A stretch of 38,774 nt of DNA from Nemertoderma westbladi (lineage: Eukaryota; Animalia; Xenacoelomorpha): contig JAUCBJ010001868.1 in NCBI GenBank assembly GCA_032718475.1, positions 1 through 38,774 of the forward strand, given 5' to 3'. How positions within the stretch are numbered: position 1 is the first letter of the stretch; each line of letters starts with the position of its first letter. Under the pieces are notes generated by a model, which was not told where the DNA came from, did no database searches, and worked only from the letters and a program-made list of their open reading frames with translations. Position numbers and translations under genes: made by a program. Shown one piece after another: positions 1 to 10,300 of the stretch.

Positions 1-204
1 TCCTGGTATTTGGTCCGCACTATGAGATACCGTAATTAAATACCCGCACTATTGGATTTTTAAACACCAACCCCAAAACATTCCAAGCCCCATTTTTTCT
101 GATTTGGCCCCCAAAGAAACCCTTTTCCCGGGGGATCTTCCCCCAGAACAAACACAACACTGTTGCTAAATGATTTAGAAATAAGTGTTTGCCTATATAT
201 ATAC

Positions 205-704
205 TACTGGTATTTGGTCCGGCCTAATGCTTTTCAATGTAAAATTTGTAATGGAAGCCTATAGGAGCGAACCAACTATCGGTAGTATATACATACTCCT
301 GGTATTTGGTCCGGTCTTAAGCAATCAGTTGGTTGTAAGTCATAATGATTGTACTGTAATGGACCAAATACTTTTCGTGTTTCAATACGTCTTCATTAAT
401 TGATTTCATTCATTGGTGTGTTGAGGTAATCAGATGTGGTAGTGGCAGATTGGAAGACCAAACAGCTGGCCTTGAAGTACTGTAGGTACAGTTCATCTGG
501 CACTAGCTAGTCATGTTCATTACTACTAATTGTTAGCTGGATGAAATCATTAATTACAGGTCCTGACAGTTTGAATATGTGGACGAGATTAATTACAGTA
601 AGTGTACAAGCAGGTAGTCTTTGCTGTAAGGTCAGAAGTTTTAATAACATTGCCACCCCCAGACCCCCCGAAAAAGTATTTGGTCCGCGGACCAAATACC
701 AGTA
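205..704. mobile_element. Putative MITE with 17-bp terminal inverted repeats
   Basis: TACTGGTATTTGGTCCG (205-221) is the reverse complement of CGGACCAAATACCAGTA (688-704). The GTATTTGGTCC motif also occurs near 6 and 302, inverted at 361, and as a 24-bp palindrome at 676-699. No coding capacity. Confidence 0.5.
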
Positions 705-863
705 TATGGCCCATTCAATTTTCAGATTTTGCAATGTAGAAACTACCGGGTAGTCCAATGTTCAAGCTAAAATTTATCATTAGTTAAATAGGCTAGTACG
801 GTACACGGTCTGACGGTTACCACCATCGCTGCATCGTAGTGATAGACTTTTGGCCGTTTGGCA

Positions 864-1700
864 ATGGCGATATATTTTGATCACAAAGTTGATGAGAGTG
901 CTGTAGGAAAGGTGACAACTGTCCAATGGCATTCCGCCTTTCCGTTACTCGCGGTCGCCCGTTACGATGACATCGGGAGTGCCGGTTGCGTCCATCTGCA
1001 CCTCGAGGAGGGTGACCGGTTGCCGGGGTGCAACCTCACTAACGACTGCTCCGCCAACGCGCTGGCGTGGCATCCCTGTAGGAAAGTCCTTACCGCCGGA
1101 TGGGCCAACGGAGATATAACACTGTGGAACGAGAGCGACCAGGAAACTTACCAACTCACTAAAACGCATTCCGCCCCGGTTACTATGTTGTTGTACAATC
1201 ACCAAGGCAACCTAATGGTTTCCGGGGATTCTATCGGGACTATGGCGGCGTGGAAGACAGACACGCGAGGTCGCAGTCATCACAGTCCGGTTTACACGTT
1301 AGAGCTGGAAGGCCAGAGCTATCTCACTTGTGTGTTCCGCCCCGTTCCGGAATCGGATTCCGACACAAAGATCTCGGAACTCGCGGCCAAGGCGGTCAGC
1401 GGCGACCCGGAAGCCCTGGATAAGTTCGACATCTACCGGAACCGGAAGGTCGGAATTCCGGGTTCTAGAACGCGGCCTCCCAACGCGGAGGGACTGGCCC
1501 TGTTCGTGGGGACCGGGGACGGAACGGTGTTCCACGTGGACGACAAAGGGAAAGCGGAACCCGTGCGGAACGCAGAGGACCCTGTGCGAACGTTTATTCC
1601 GTTGTCCGGGGCACGAGAGGAGTTGCTCGTGGTTACCAATACAATGGTGCTGTCGCGATTCCTAGTACAGCCGACAGGGGGATTGGATCAACTGTTAAAG
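864..1700 (+). CDS. IFT140: Intraflagellar transport protein 140, first coding exon (N-terminal WD40 region)
   Basis: ATG at 864 gives MAIYFDHKV..QWHSAFPLLAVA..LAWHPCRKVLTAGWANG..LAAKAVSGDPEALDKF, matching the IFT140 N-terminus as I recall it (MALYYDH..WHP..LAKAAVSGDEKALDMF). Similarity ends at the splice donor AAG|GTGGGA (1700/1701); the rest of ORF 858-1997 is read-through into a repeat. Confidence 0.92.
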
Positions 1701-1708
1701 GTGGGAGT

Positions 1709-1940
1709 CAACTCACAGCACCTACAACTCACAGCACCTACAACTCACAGTACCTACAACTTACAGCACCTACAACTCACAGTACCTACAACTCACAGTA
1801 CCTACAACTCACAGCATCTACAACTCACAGCACCTACAACTCACAGCACCTACAACTCACAGTACCTACAACCCACACTACCCTGTCACCTACAACTCAC
1901 AGCACCTACAACCCATTGCACATACAACTCAGTAGCACCT
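1709..1940 (+). repeat. 16-bp minisatellite (CAACTCACAGCACCTA)n at the start of the IFT140 intron
   Basis: About 14 tandem, slightly degenerate units are directly visible. Confidence 0.9.
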
Positions 1941-1952
1941 ATTAACTTATTG

Positions 1953-2401
1953 GGGGGCGTTCATAAAGTATGTCACGCAAATTTTTCCGATTTTTGACCC
2001 CCCCCCCCCCCGTCCCGACAAAAAATATTTTATTGTAATAATACACAATGTTTGTTATGCAAAAATACAACATAAATTCGATCACTATATCTACATATTC
2101 CCACGGGCAAGTCAAGTGTTCTTATTCTATATTAATAACAGGTATTACAGTGTTGGAGTCAATGGCTTCTATGTCCTACTCAATTTATCGATTATACTCA
2201 ATGTTATTGAGTTTATTGTTTTCCTTACAGTTACTCACACATGTGTGAAAGTCAAAGCCAAGCTAACATTAAAGCATAGAACATCGCCGTGACCGTCACA
2301 ATTAGTCGACACCCCCCTCCCCCCCCCTCTGTCACAAAATGTGACGCAATTCCTAACCCGCCCTCCCCCCCTAGTGCGTGACATACTTTATGAACGCCCC
2401 C
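1953..2401. mobile_element. Non-autonomous TIR element (MITE); superfamily uncertain (PIF/Harbinger- or Zator-like)
   Basis: 27-bp TIRs GGGGGCGTTCATAAAGTATGTCACGCA ... TGCGTGACATACTTTATGAACGCCCCC, with TTA(T) next to both ends. Confidence 0.8.
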
Positions 2402-3386
2402 TTATGTTAGATGTAAATCATACGTATTTACATGAAAATACATTACTGTACAAATACATGAACCCTGGGACTGGACAGATAAGAGACTCGTTAGTTAAGT
2501 CTGACATAGTGCCCGCCCTATAATGGTATTTATTCTGGGAATATACAATACAAATACACCCATTGGCTATAAGGATAATTTTATGTGTACAAGGTCTGTT
2601 CTGAGAGATACATGCTATGAGATATTGTTTATGTTAATTAATAGGATATTTTGTTGGCTATAAGATAACAATTCATCAGGTCTGATAGATTTGACAGGAT
2701 ATTATAAACATATCTGACTATATTAATAAACTGAACGAAAATCAACAAATAGATTAGATAGAAAGACTTAAATTGGCTTTCTCTTTCGTGCTGCAATATA
2801 AATTATAAGCTCAGCGACCATTACCTAAACAAAATATACGATATCGGACATCGGTGATGCATAACTCACAGTTTAGCTGCAGTCCTCGTGTATTCGGTGT
2901 GAGTGTGTGTCAATAGTCATCCGTGTGGTGGTCAACGTATGCGCGTCCTCTGACACAAGACCATAATGACCATACCCGGCCATTTATGGCATGAAGGTGG
3001 TGTGTACTTGCGTACCGCCGGCACCCCCAACCTGCACGTATACTGAGCGGCCCCCAAGGCTGACCTCTCAGTATATGGATTCTGTCGCCGCCGCCATAAC
3101 GAGCATGCATCACACAGACTCCAAGAAACAGATGGGATTGGAGGACGCAAACCAATGACCATGACTTGCATCAACCAAACAAACTGCCCCCGTCGTCGTC
3201 TATTGCGATACACAGTCGTATAAGCAGACAAATCACCATGAGTGCGATGTGTGAAATTGTTATCCGAATCCGCAAAATGGGAAACGGCCTCAAAGAGCAG
3301 TTTACTCTGCTAAGGGTAACATTATATACGTGGGAGAGAAATTCGAAGCAATCCAAAAAATACAATAGAATAAGCAAACAACTAAC

Positions 3387-3608
3387 CTGACACAACACTG
3401 GAATGCAAACTTCCAATACTACCGATATGTTTCTATTAGTATTATGCAAGTGATCCTCCAAGTGTGTTCCAAATACAGGTTGGTTTGGATCTTCTGCCAG
3501 TTTCTGTTTCATTATAGGCATTGCGTCTGTTAATGTTTTCAAAGCGTCCCTATGGAAATCAGCATGTAATTCCACCAAACGGAGCATCAGTTGAGCATAT
3601 TCGCCCTC
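3387..3608 (-). CDS. BAR-RhoGAP (ARHGAP17/44/SH3BP1-like), exon 2: end of BAR domain and start of GAP domain
   Basis: Acceptor ttttag|GAG at 3609/3608; EGEYAQLMLRLVELHADFHRDAL...PVFGTHLEDHL...ISVVLEVCIPVLCQ (family: EGEY..AFGTPLEEHL..IALPIEAC); donor CAG|GTTAGT at 3387/3386. In frame with exon 1. Confidence 0.88.
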
Positions 3609-3933
3609 CTAAAATTGTTAACATATTTGGTATTAGAGGTAAAGCCGAGATAATCCCGTAGCAACGCTCCTAGTGACGATGCCTACAAATATACCTTAAG
3701 TTTCTTATACTTTAAGTTAACCGGTACCGGTATCACATATAGAAGTCTTAATGGCATAAGGCTGTAAGGCCAAACTATGAGACTCATCATGAGTCGCGGT
3801 CGCCATACAGCTGTACAGCCATAGACTCTGCACTTTTGACTTTACTACAGTACACAGTAGGCCTACTGCCGTAATTCATTAGGTTCTTTCTTATATAAAC
3901 CATACCGGTACCGTACCGTAGGTACTGACTTAC

Positions 3934-4557
3934 CCTCGAAGTGACATTTAGCATTTCAGCGATCAATTCAGTCCGACACTGTTCAGCTTCCCGAGTTGAG
4001 GAGTCCACTTCTGATTTGGCGGCCTCCACCTTAGTCTGAACTGATTGATAGTTTTTACTGGAAATCGAAAAGCTTTGTCGATTTATCTCTGTTAAATGCG
4101 ACTTGGCTGTATCCATATCGAGAACTAACCTATTCAGTTTCTTCCGGGTTGACATGACAGAAGGAATATCATTGTCAACCAGGTTTTGAAACGGCTTTAA
4201 GACTTCACTATCAACAGCAAGCTCCATTTCAGCTTGTTGTTTAGCGACCTTGCCTACCGCTAACCCAGTGTCTCCGAGCATCTGGCCCAGTATGCTTTGG
4301 CTATCGGGATCCGAAAGCAACTTGATGCTGTCCTCATTTAGCGTGGAGGAGAGAATTGTAGCGAGCATTTTTTTTACTTTGCTTTCTAAGTCCTGTTCTC
4401 TGTTCTGGTGCGTCGCTCCTACTTTCTTTATGATTCTCTGGCAACACAATTTCAGCAGTTCCAAATGTTTCTCGGCATTGCGAATTTCGGCGGTAAGCAG
4501 TTCGGATTTCTCGGCTTGGCCGGCCATCTGCCGGACTCTTTGAAGTTGCCGCCTCAT
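3934..4557 (-). CDS. BAR-RhoGAP (ARHGAP17/44/SH3BP1-like), exon 1: N-BAR domain
   Basis: MRRQLQRVRQMAGQAEKSELL...RKKLNRLVLDMDTAK...EQCRTELIAEMLN resembles RICH1/RICH2 (MKKQFNRMKQLA..AEKTEVL..LARLVLDWD..EQCKDQLAADM). Donor AGG|GTAAGT at 3934/3933. Confidence 0.9.
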
Positions 4558-5254
4558 TCTGCTGTCCTGGTCTGGATACAGTATAAAGGTTTAATCTGTT
4601 AGGCCTAATTGTTTTGCAGTACCGTACTGCCGTAGTCAAGACAGCAAGAGCAAGGACGCCCGCAAAACAAATCAACAATTTCCTATGATTACCGGTACCA
4701 GTAGTCAGTTAGGCCTAGTTGATTGTCAGTATTGTGAATATACTGGTATAGCTGTATTCCTGTGTACAGGTGTCAGGGTGTAGGCTGTAGGCGTTCTGCC
4801 TTCTGTCTGACTGTACCTGATGTGTGACTAACTAGGAACTTAGTCCTAGTCACAGCAAGTTAGAAGTGCTTGTACTAATTCGGTATTCAGAGAAGTTGGT
4901 CTGTTGGTGTTACTTATGGCAGTGATTTTTTATGTCCTTTTATTTGACTTTTTTTGTCATTTTTTTTTTCGAATTATGCATAATGACTTTTGTTGTCCTT
5001 TTAATGACTTTTATTGTCCTTTTAATGACTTTTTATGTATGTATTTCTTCAAACTGTCAGACTGCTGATTTCTGGACTGTCAGACAGTTGATTTCACTAT
5101 GCATGTGCCAAAACATTCCATGATTCCATGATTTATAGACTATGAGATAGATTTCCATATGCGCCTGTGGTAAAAAGACTCTATATTTAATAGTTTGTGG
5201 TTGTTGTCGATAATCGATTACCACACATGACGTAGCAAAACACTCATTTTATAG

Positions 5255-6115
5255 CCAAAAACAATTACCAATTGATGGAAAGGAGCAGGTTAAGGCCGAG
5301 TTTTCTAACCAAAACAATAAACAGTCACTTTACCAAATCAGGGAAAGGAGCAGGTTACAGAGACGGGATTTTCTAACCAAAACAATAAACGATTACTTAA
5401 CTAATTGAGGGAAAGGAGCAGGTTACAGAGGCGGGATGTTCTAACCAAAACAATAAACGATCACTTAACTTATTGAGGGAAAGGAGCAGGTTACAGAGGC
5501 GGGATTTTCTAACCAAAACAATAAACCATCATTTAACTAATTGAGGGAAAGGGACAGGTTACAGAGGCGGAATTTTCTAACCAAAATAATAAACGATCAC
5601 TTAACTAATTGAGGGAAAGGAGCAGGTTACAGAGGCGGGATTTTCTAACCAAAACAATAAACGATCATTTAACTAATTGAGGGAAAGGGGCAGATTACAG
5701 AGGCGGGCCTTTCTAACCAAAACAATAAACGGTCACTTTACCAATTCAGGGAAAGGAGCAGGTTACAGAGGCGGGATTTTCTAACCAAAACAATAAACGA
5801 TCATTTAACTAATTTAGGGAAAGGGGCAGATTACAGAGGCGGGATTTTCTAACCAAAACAATAAACAATCATTTAACTAATTGAGGGAAAGGAGCAGGTT
5901 ACAGAGACGGGATTTTCTAACCAAAACAATAAACGATAACATTACCAATTGAGAGAAAGGAGCAGGTTACAGAGGCGGGATTTTCTAACCAAAACAATAG
6001 ATAACATTACCAATTGAGGGAAAGGAGCAGGTTAAGGCCGGATTTTCTAACCAAAACAATCAAGCAATCAAAACCAAAACAGTCACTTTACCAAATCAGG
6101 GAAAGGAGCAGGTTA
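5255..6115 (+). repeat. 68-bp tandem repeat, about 12 copies
   Basis: Unit GGGAAAGGAGCAGGTTACAGAGGCGGGATTTTCTAACCAAAACAATAAACGATCACTTAACTAATTGA recurring at 5341, 5409 and onward. Confidence 0.93.
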
Positions 6116-6276
6116 TCCGTAACACTACTCAGACAGTAGTCATGATCCATTATTGATTATAAAACTAATACAGTAATAGGCCTAAATTATGTGAAAGGTA
6201 TATCCACATTTTCCACAATCCTGCAATCCAGTTTGGCCTATCAATTAGGCCTATTTAAAATTTATTAGCACAACCG

Positions 6277-6365
6277 GTAGGCCTACCATTACCGTATTTA
6301 AATGGTAGGCTACACAGTAGGCCTACCATTACCTTATTTAAATGGTAGGCTACACAGTAGGCCTA
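6277..6365 (+). repeat. 40-bp tandem duplication
   Basis: GTAGGCCTACCATTACC(G/T)TATTTAAATGGTAGGCTACACA twice, followed by GTAGGCCTA. Confidence 0.75.
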
Positions 6366-8222
6366 TAGCAGTACCGGTGCCGGTACCGGTACTAAAATAC
6401 AGAAATACCTGCTTTATACCTACATCTGTACATACAATACAGCAAAATAGTGCTATATATACTAATACCGGTACTGATAGCCTGAGAGAACAGTAGTAGA
6501 GAAACGGTAGCATGGAACCTAACATTAGACTTTTGGAGGACATAAAAAATAAAAAAAAAGGACAAAAAAAGGATTTAAACGGACAATAAAAATTATTGCG
6601 GTTACTTATTACTAACGTATTTAGTACTAGTTGTTGCTAAACTCGTATTCATAGAATTTAGTCTTACTTAAGTTAGTATTAGCTGTGACTTAAATTTCTA
6701 GTCACATGAAGATGTGACTAAGTTGGTAAGACCGCTTACTTATTGAATATTGGCCTTCATATATACAGTATGGTTATTATGTTACTGACGACTCTGTCCA
6801 CATTATACTCTCTCTTGTTTTTCTAGCATTCTGTGTTCATTGCAAATGTGTTGTTGCAGAGAAACTGTCAAATGTAACGACATAAAGCTTTTTGTTTTTT
6901 AAACATATAGGCCTATCCGACTTAAATTTCCAAATTTCAGCTCACATTCTTGAATGGTGAGATTGCTGCCGAATGGTCCGCGTCCGTTGAAAAATGTGTT
7001 TCGCTAAAGAATTCTACCATTCGCTAACTTTCGCAAGATGAAAAAGCGGTAGCGTTCCCACTTCATTATTTTCATCTCTATTACCGAATGTAAATAATGG
7101 TATTCGATAATGGTAGCCAATTGATTTATCGCCTTACTAACTGACTAAAAATACTAATTTTTCACTATAATTTTAACAGGAAATCACTAAAATATTCAGT
7201 TTCCACTAAAATCTATTAATTAACATTAAATCTATTAATTATAAATTATTGCTAAAATGTGGGAAAGGGCATGTTACAGTGCCACTAATAATGAAGGGAT
7301 TTTATTACAACAGGCCGTAACAGATTTATTTTTGATGAAAATATATTTTAGTGATAATTAAATTGAGTGGAGGATATTTGATAACGAAAAAAATTTACTG
7401 GAAAACAGGAATTGTTTTAGTGACCAATAAAATTAATGGGTTTTAATGTAGACTACCAGCTGACCAGTACAAGTAAAACAGTAAACATAGAAACATGCAG
7501 GGCATAGCTACCGACCTTAAGTTGAAACTGAAAGCTTTTTGATAAACATAAGTCAAAGTACCGGCACTGGTACTAATAGGCTAGAACTAAGTTTAGTAAC
7601 AGTTTATGAATATTGATATTTTTTAAGGGCTAGTTGAAACTAAGTTAAGTCAATGCTCTTACTAAAATCAGTTGTTTTTACTAACAGATAGCTCTTACTA
7701 AACATAGTTGCAGCTTGCAGCTCTTACTAAAAGCTGTCACTAAATACAGTAGCTGTAACTAATACTATGTAACTCTATGAATACCGCCCCTGATTTCTGT
7801 CTGACTGTGTATTGTCTCTGACTAAATCTGTCTGACTGCATAATACAGTAATATCAGAATATTGTAATTGTAATAGTAATAACAATAATAATAATAATAC
7901 TGTAATATGATTAATTTATATAACGCCAAATATACATTGTAATACTCTATGGCGCTGAACAACAGTCTGACAGTTACCGTACAATTTATGTAATCAAACA
8001 ACATTAAATAAAATTACTATATATCTACAATTGGGTAAAACAGGTTAAAAAGTTGTGTTAAAAATATTCAGTTCAGTTAAAACAATTATTAAGGATTCAG
8101 TTAAAACAAGCTCTAATCTGTAGTACGTAGGGATAAGATATAGCAGTATGGTAAAATAATGTATAATAATGTATGAGTGATAATATAATACCAATATACA
8201 GTATGAATCAATTATCCATATC

Positions 8223-9110
8223 CTAGCTGCCTAGGGTGAATTGGTGTGTCTTTAGCTTCGATTTAAAAAGTTCCAGGCTGTCGATGATCCTTATTCGTTC
8301 CGGCAATTCGTTCCATAACCGTGGTGCTGAATTAATAAATGCTCGCCCTCCTAGAGTGATGCAGTTATAACGAGGTATGACTAATTTCCTGGTCTTACTA
8401 CTACGCATTGAATACCTTGAATTTGACTGCAATTCTATCATGTTGCAGATATACGCTGGAGCCTTACCATGTAAAGATTTGTATGTCATTTAGCAATATT
8501 TTATATATTATACGCCGCTTTACTGGAAGCGGAAGCCAGTTAAGACTCTTCTTCAGTGTCGGAGTTAACCAGTGGAAAGTGAGCAACCGTATCGCAAGCG
8601 TGCAACGCAGGCGTATCTGATGTGATTCCCAAGAGTTATGGCCCGACCTTTACGCAAGCGACCTACTTGCGTTAAGTCGCATAGATATCGCAACAACTTG
8701 CGTTAAGTCGCATAAATATCGCACCAACATGTCGGTCGTACTTCCGAACACCACGTACTGACGTATAAAACGGGCTGCCGTGTTCTGACTACGTTGCAGC
8801 TTTGTTAACTGATAATCAGAGAGTCCTTGATAAACGGAGTTGCAGTAATCAAACCGACTTAAAATTAGAGAATTCACCAACATTCTACTGTAGTACTGTA
8901 TTCGTTTCGTCTAAGGTTCTAATGTTACGTAGGTGGTAGAAGGCTGTTTTACATGTTTTATTTATAAATGTTTCCATTGTCATTTTAGAATCAAGCCAAG
9001 CATGTGAGTTTACTTTATCCAGCTGTTGCTTCGTTCGTACATAGATTTATAAATTCAGTTATTGTCGTTAATCTTAAGTTTATTGACTTGCAACCAACTA
9101 CTGCCTGACT
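8223..9110 (-). mobile_element. Decayed L2-like LINE, ORF2 C-terminal fragment with a ~190-bp internal insertion
   Basis: LILSRFDYCNS..KLQRSQNTAARF / NWLP..RIIYKILL / YKSLHGKAPAY..GGRAF..APRLWN.LP..FKSKLKT; frameshifted. Confidence 0.82.
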
Positions 9111-9985
9111 GTATGTCATCATCATGGATTTTAGTGGATGTGACTATATTGACAGGTAACATCTGTAAATTTATTGTTTTGTTTAAAATTGACATAATTT
9201 ACCGCTGGGAAATTATATTACATAATTTACCACTACAGCACTATGGTACTTTTTACTTTTACATACCACATATCCCGTGTCAAATACAGCCATACTGCTG
9301 CTATCTGAAATAGTGAAAACCACTGACAGTTGAGCCATGGAATGCTACTGTATATAGCGATATCTATATATCATTCCATGGTTGAGCATAGGCAGTACAG
9401 TACGCATGTAATTCTTTATATCAGATCTTAGCTGACCTCTGAATTCGAATGGTCTGTTATTGTTTTATCACCTGGTATCAAATCTTATCTGAAGGTAATT
9501 CATATTCTATGCTACATAGCAGTTGAGCCTGTGCTTCTATACAGCAGTCCCTGAAGAAGCCTACATCAGTACAGGTGTACAGCATCAGGATACAACACAT
9601 AGTCCATGGCATAAAATAAAACTTACAAATGGGGCACACCACCCTTGAGTGGACATCTTGGTGAAGACAAATTCTGTTTACATATTTGAGTAAGGTTTGG
9701 TACATATATTCAACAAAATCTCCAAAATGTCCAAAATATTCAACATTCAATAAATAGCTATCAAGACCAAGACCCTGGTAGCCAAGTAGGATGGACTGAG
9801 TTCAGTCTGGCGGTTTCAAATTCTACCTGGGTGGTGAGAGCAGGTGCCACCAATTCGCAGCATTGTATGTTAATAAAGTGTACCTAAAATGGTGCCTTGA
9901 GCTCGTACATAACATCTTCAGCAAACTGACTCACAGTATCAGGAAGGAAGGTCAGCTATCGTTAACAGGTTTAATGTTTGGAATC

Positions 9986-10300
9986 TACTACTACTACTAG
10001 GATCGGCATGCTGCATTGCACCTGCTTTATATATTACTGTATTACTATATATATATATCAAGAATGCTGTGCCGGCTTGTCGATAAAATTGCGAGGCCAC
10101 AACTCCCTATCACCCATGACATTTACTAGATCATCTGCATCTTCAAGGCCAGTGTCCTTTAAGATGCGTCTCAAGAAAGTCATGGGCTGTCCACCATGCT
10201 TATTCACCCCATGAGGCTGCCAAAGTACAAGATTATGCACTGGCTGGTCCTCACGGCGAAAGCAATGTCCTGCAAAGCGAAGGCGGCTTTGTTCTAGTGT
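9986..10300 (-). mobile_element. 3' fragment of an RTE-like LINE (same family as 23870-25450) with (AGT)n tail
   Basis: RLRFAGHCFRREDQPVHNLVLWQP; highly similar to the reverse complement of 25203-25450; tail ATGCCGATCCTAGTAGTAGTAG. Confidence 0.85.

Noticed and set aside
790-863. X-box in the IFT140 proximal promoter
   Set aside because: Only partial half-sites such as GTTACC; no convincing 14-bp palindrome.
945-1665. Overlapping alternative ORFs across the IFT140 exon, and similar antisense ORFs over the RhoGAP exon and LINEs
   Set aside because: Shadow frames of real coding sequence with no recognisable motifs.
1701-1997. C-terminal repeat extension (HLQLTAPTTHSTYNSQ) of the 379-aa ORF
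   Set aside because: Read-through past the splice donor into a 16-bp minisatellite.
5255-6115. CRISPR-like array
   Set aside because: Units are fully repeated with no unique spacers, there are no cas genes, and the context is eukaryotic.
4820-7795. Possible large decayed TIR transposon(s), with TGTGACT..AGTCACA blocks near 4823 and 6685 and a TIR-like end near 7780
   Set aside because: Similarity is too weak to pair ends or fix coordinates by eye.
9778-9835. tRNA or SINE head (A-box-like TAGCCAAGTAGG, weak B-box)
   Set aside because: No cloverleaf, a poor B-box and no second copy in the window.
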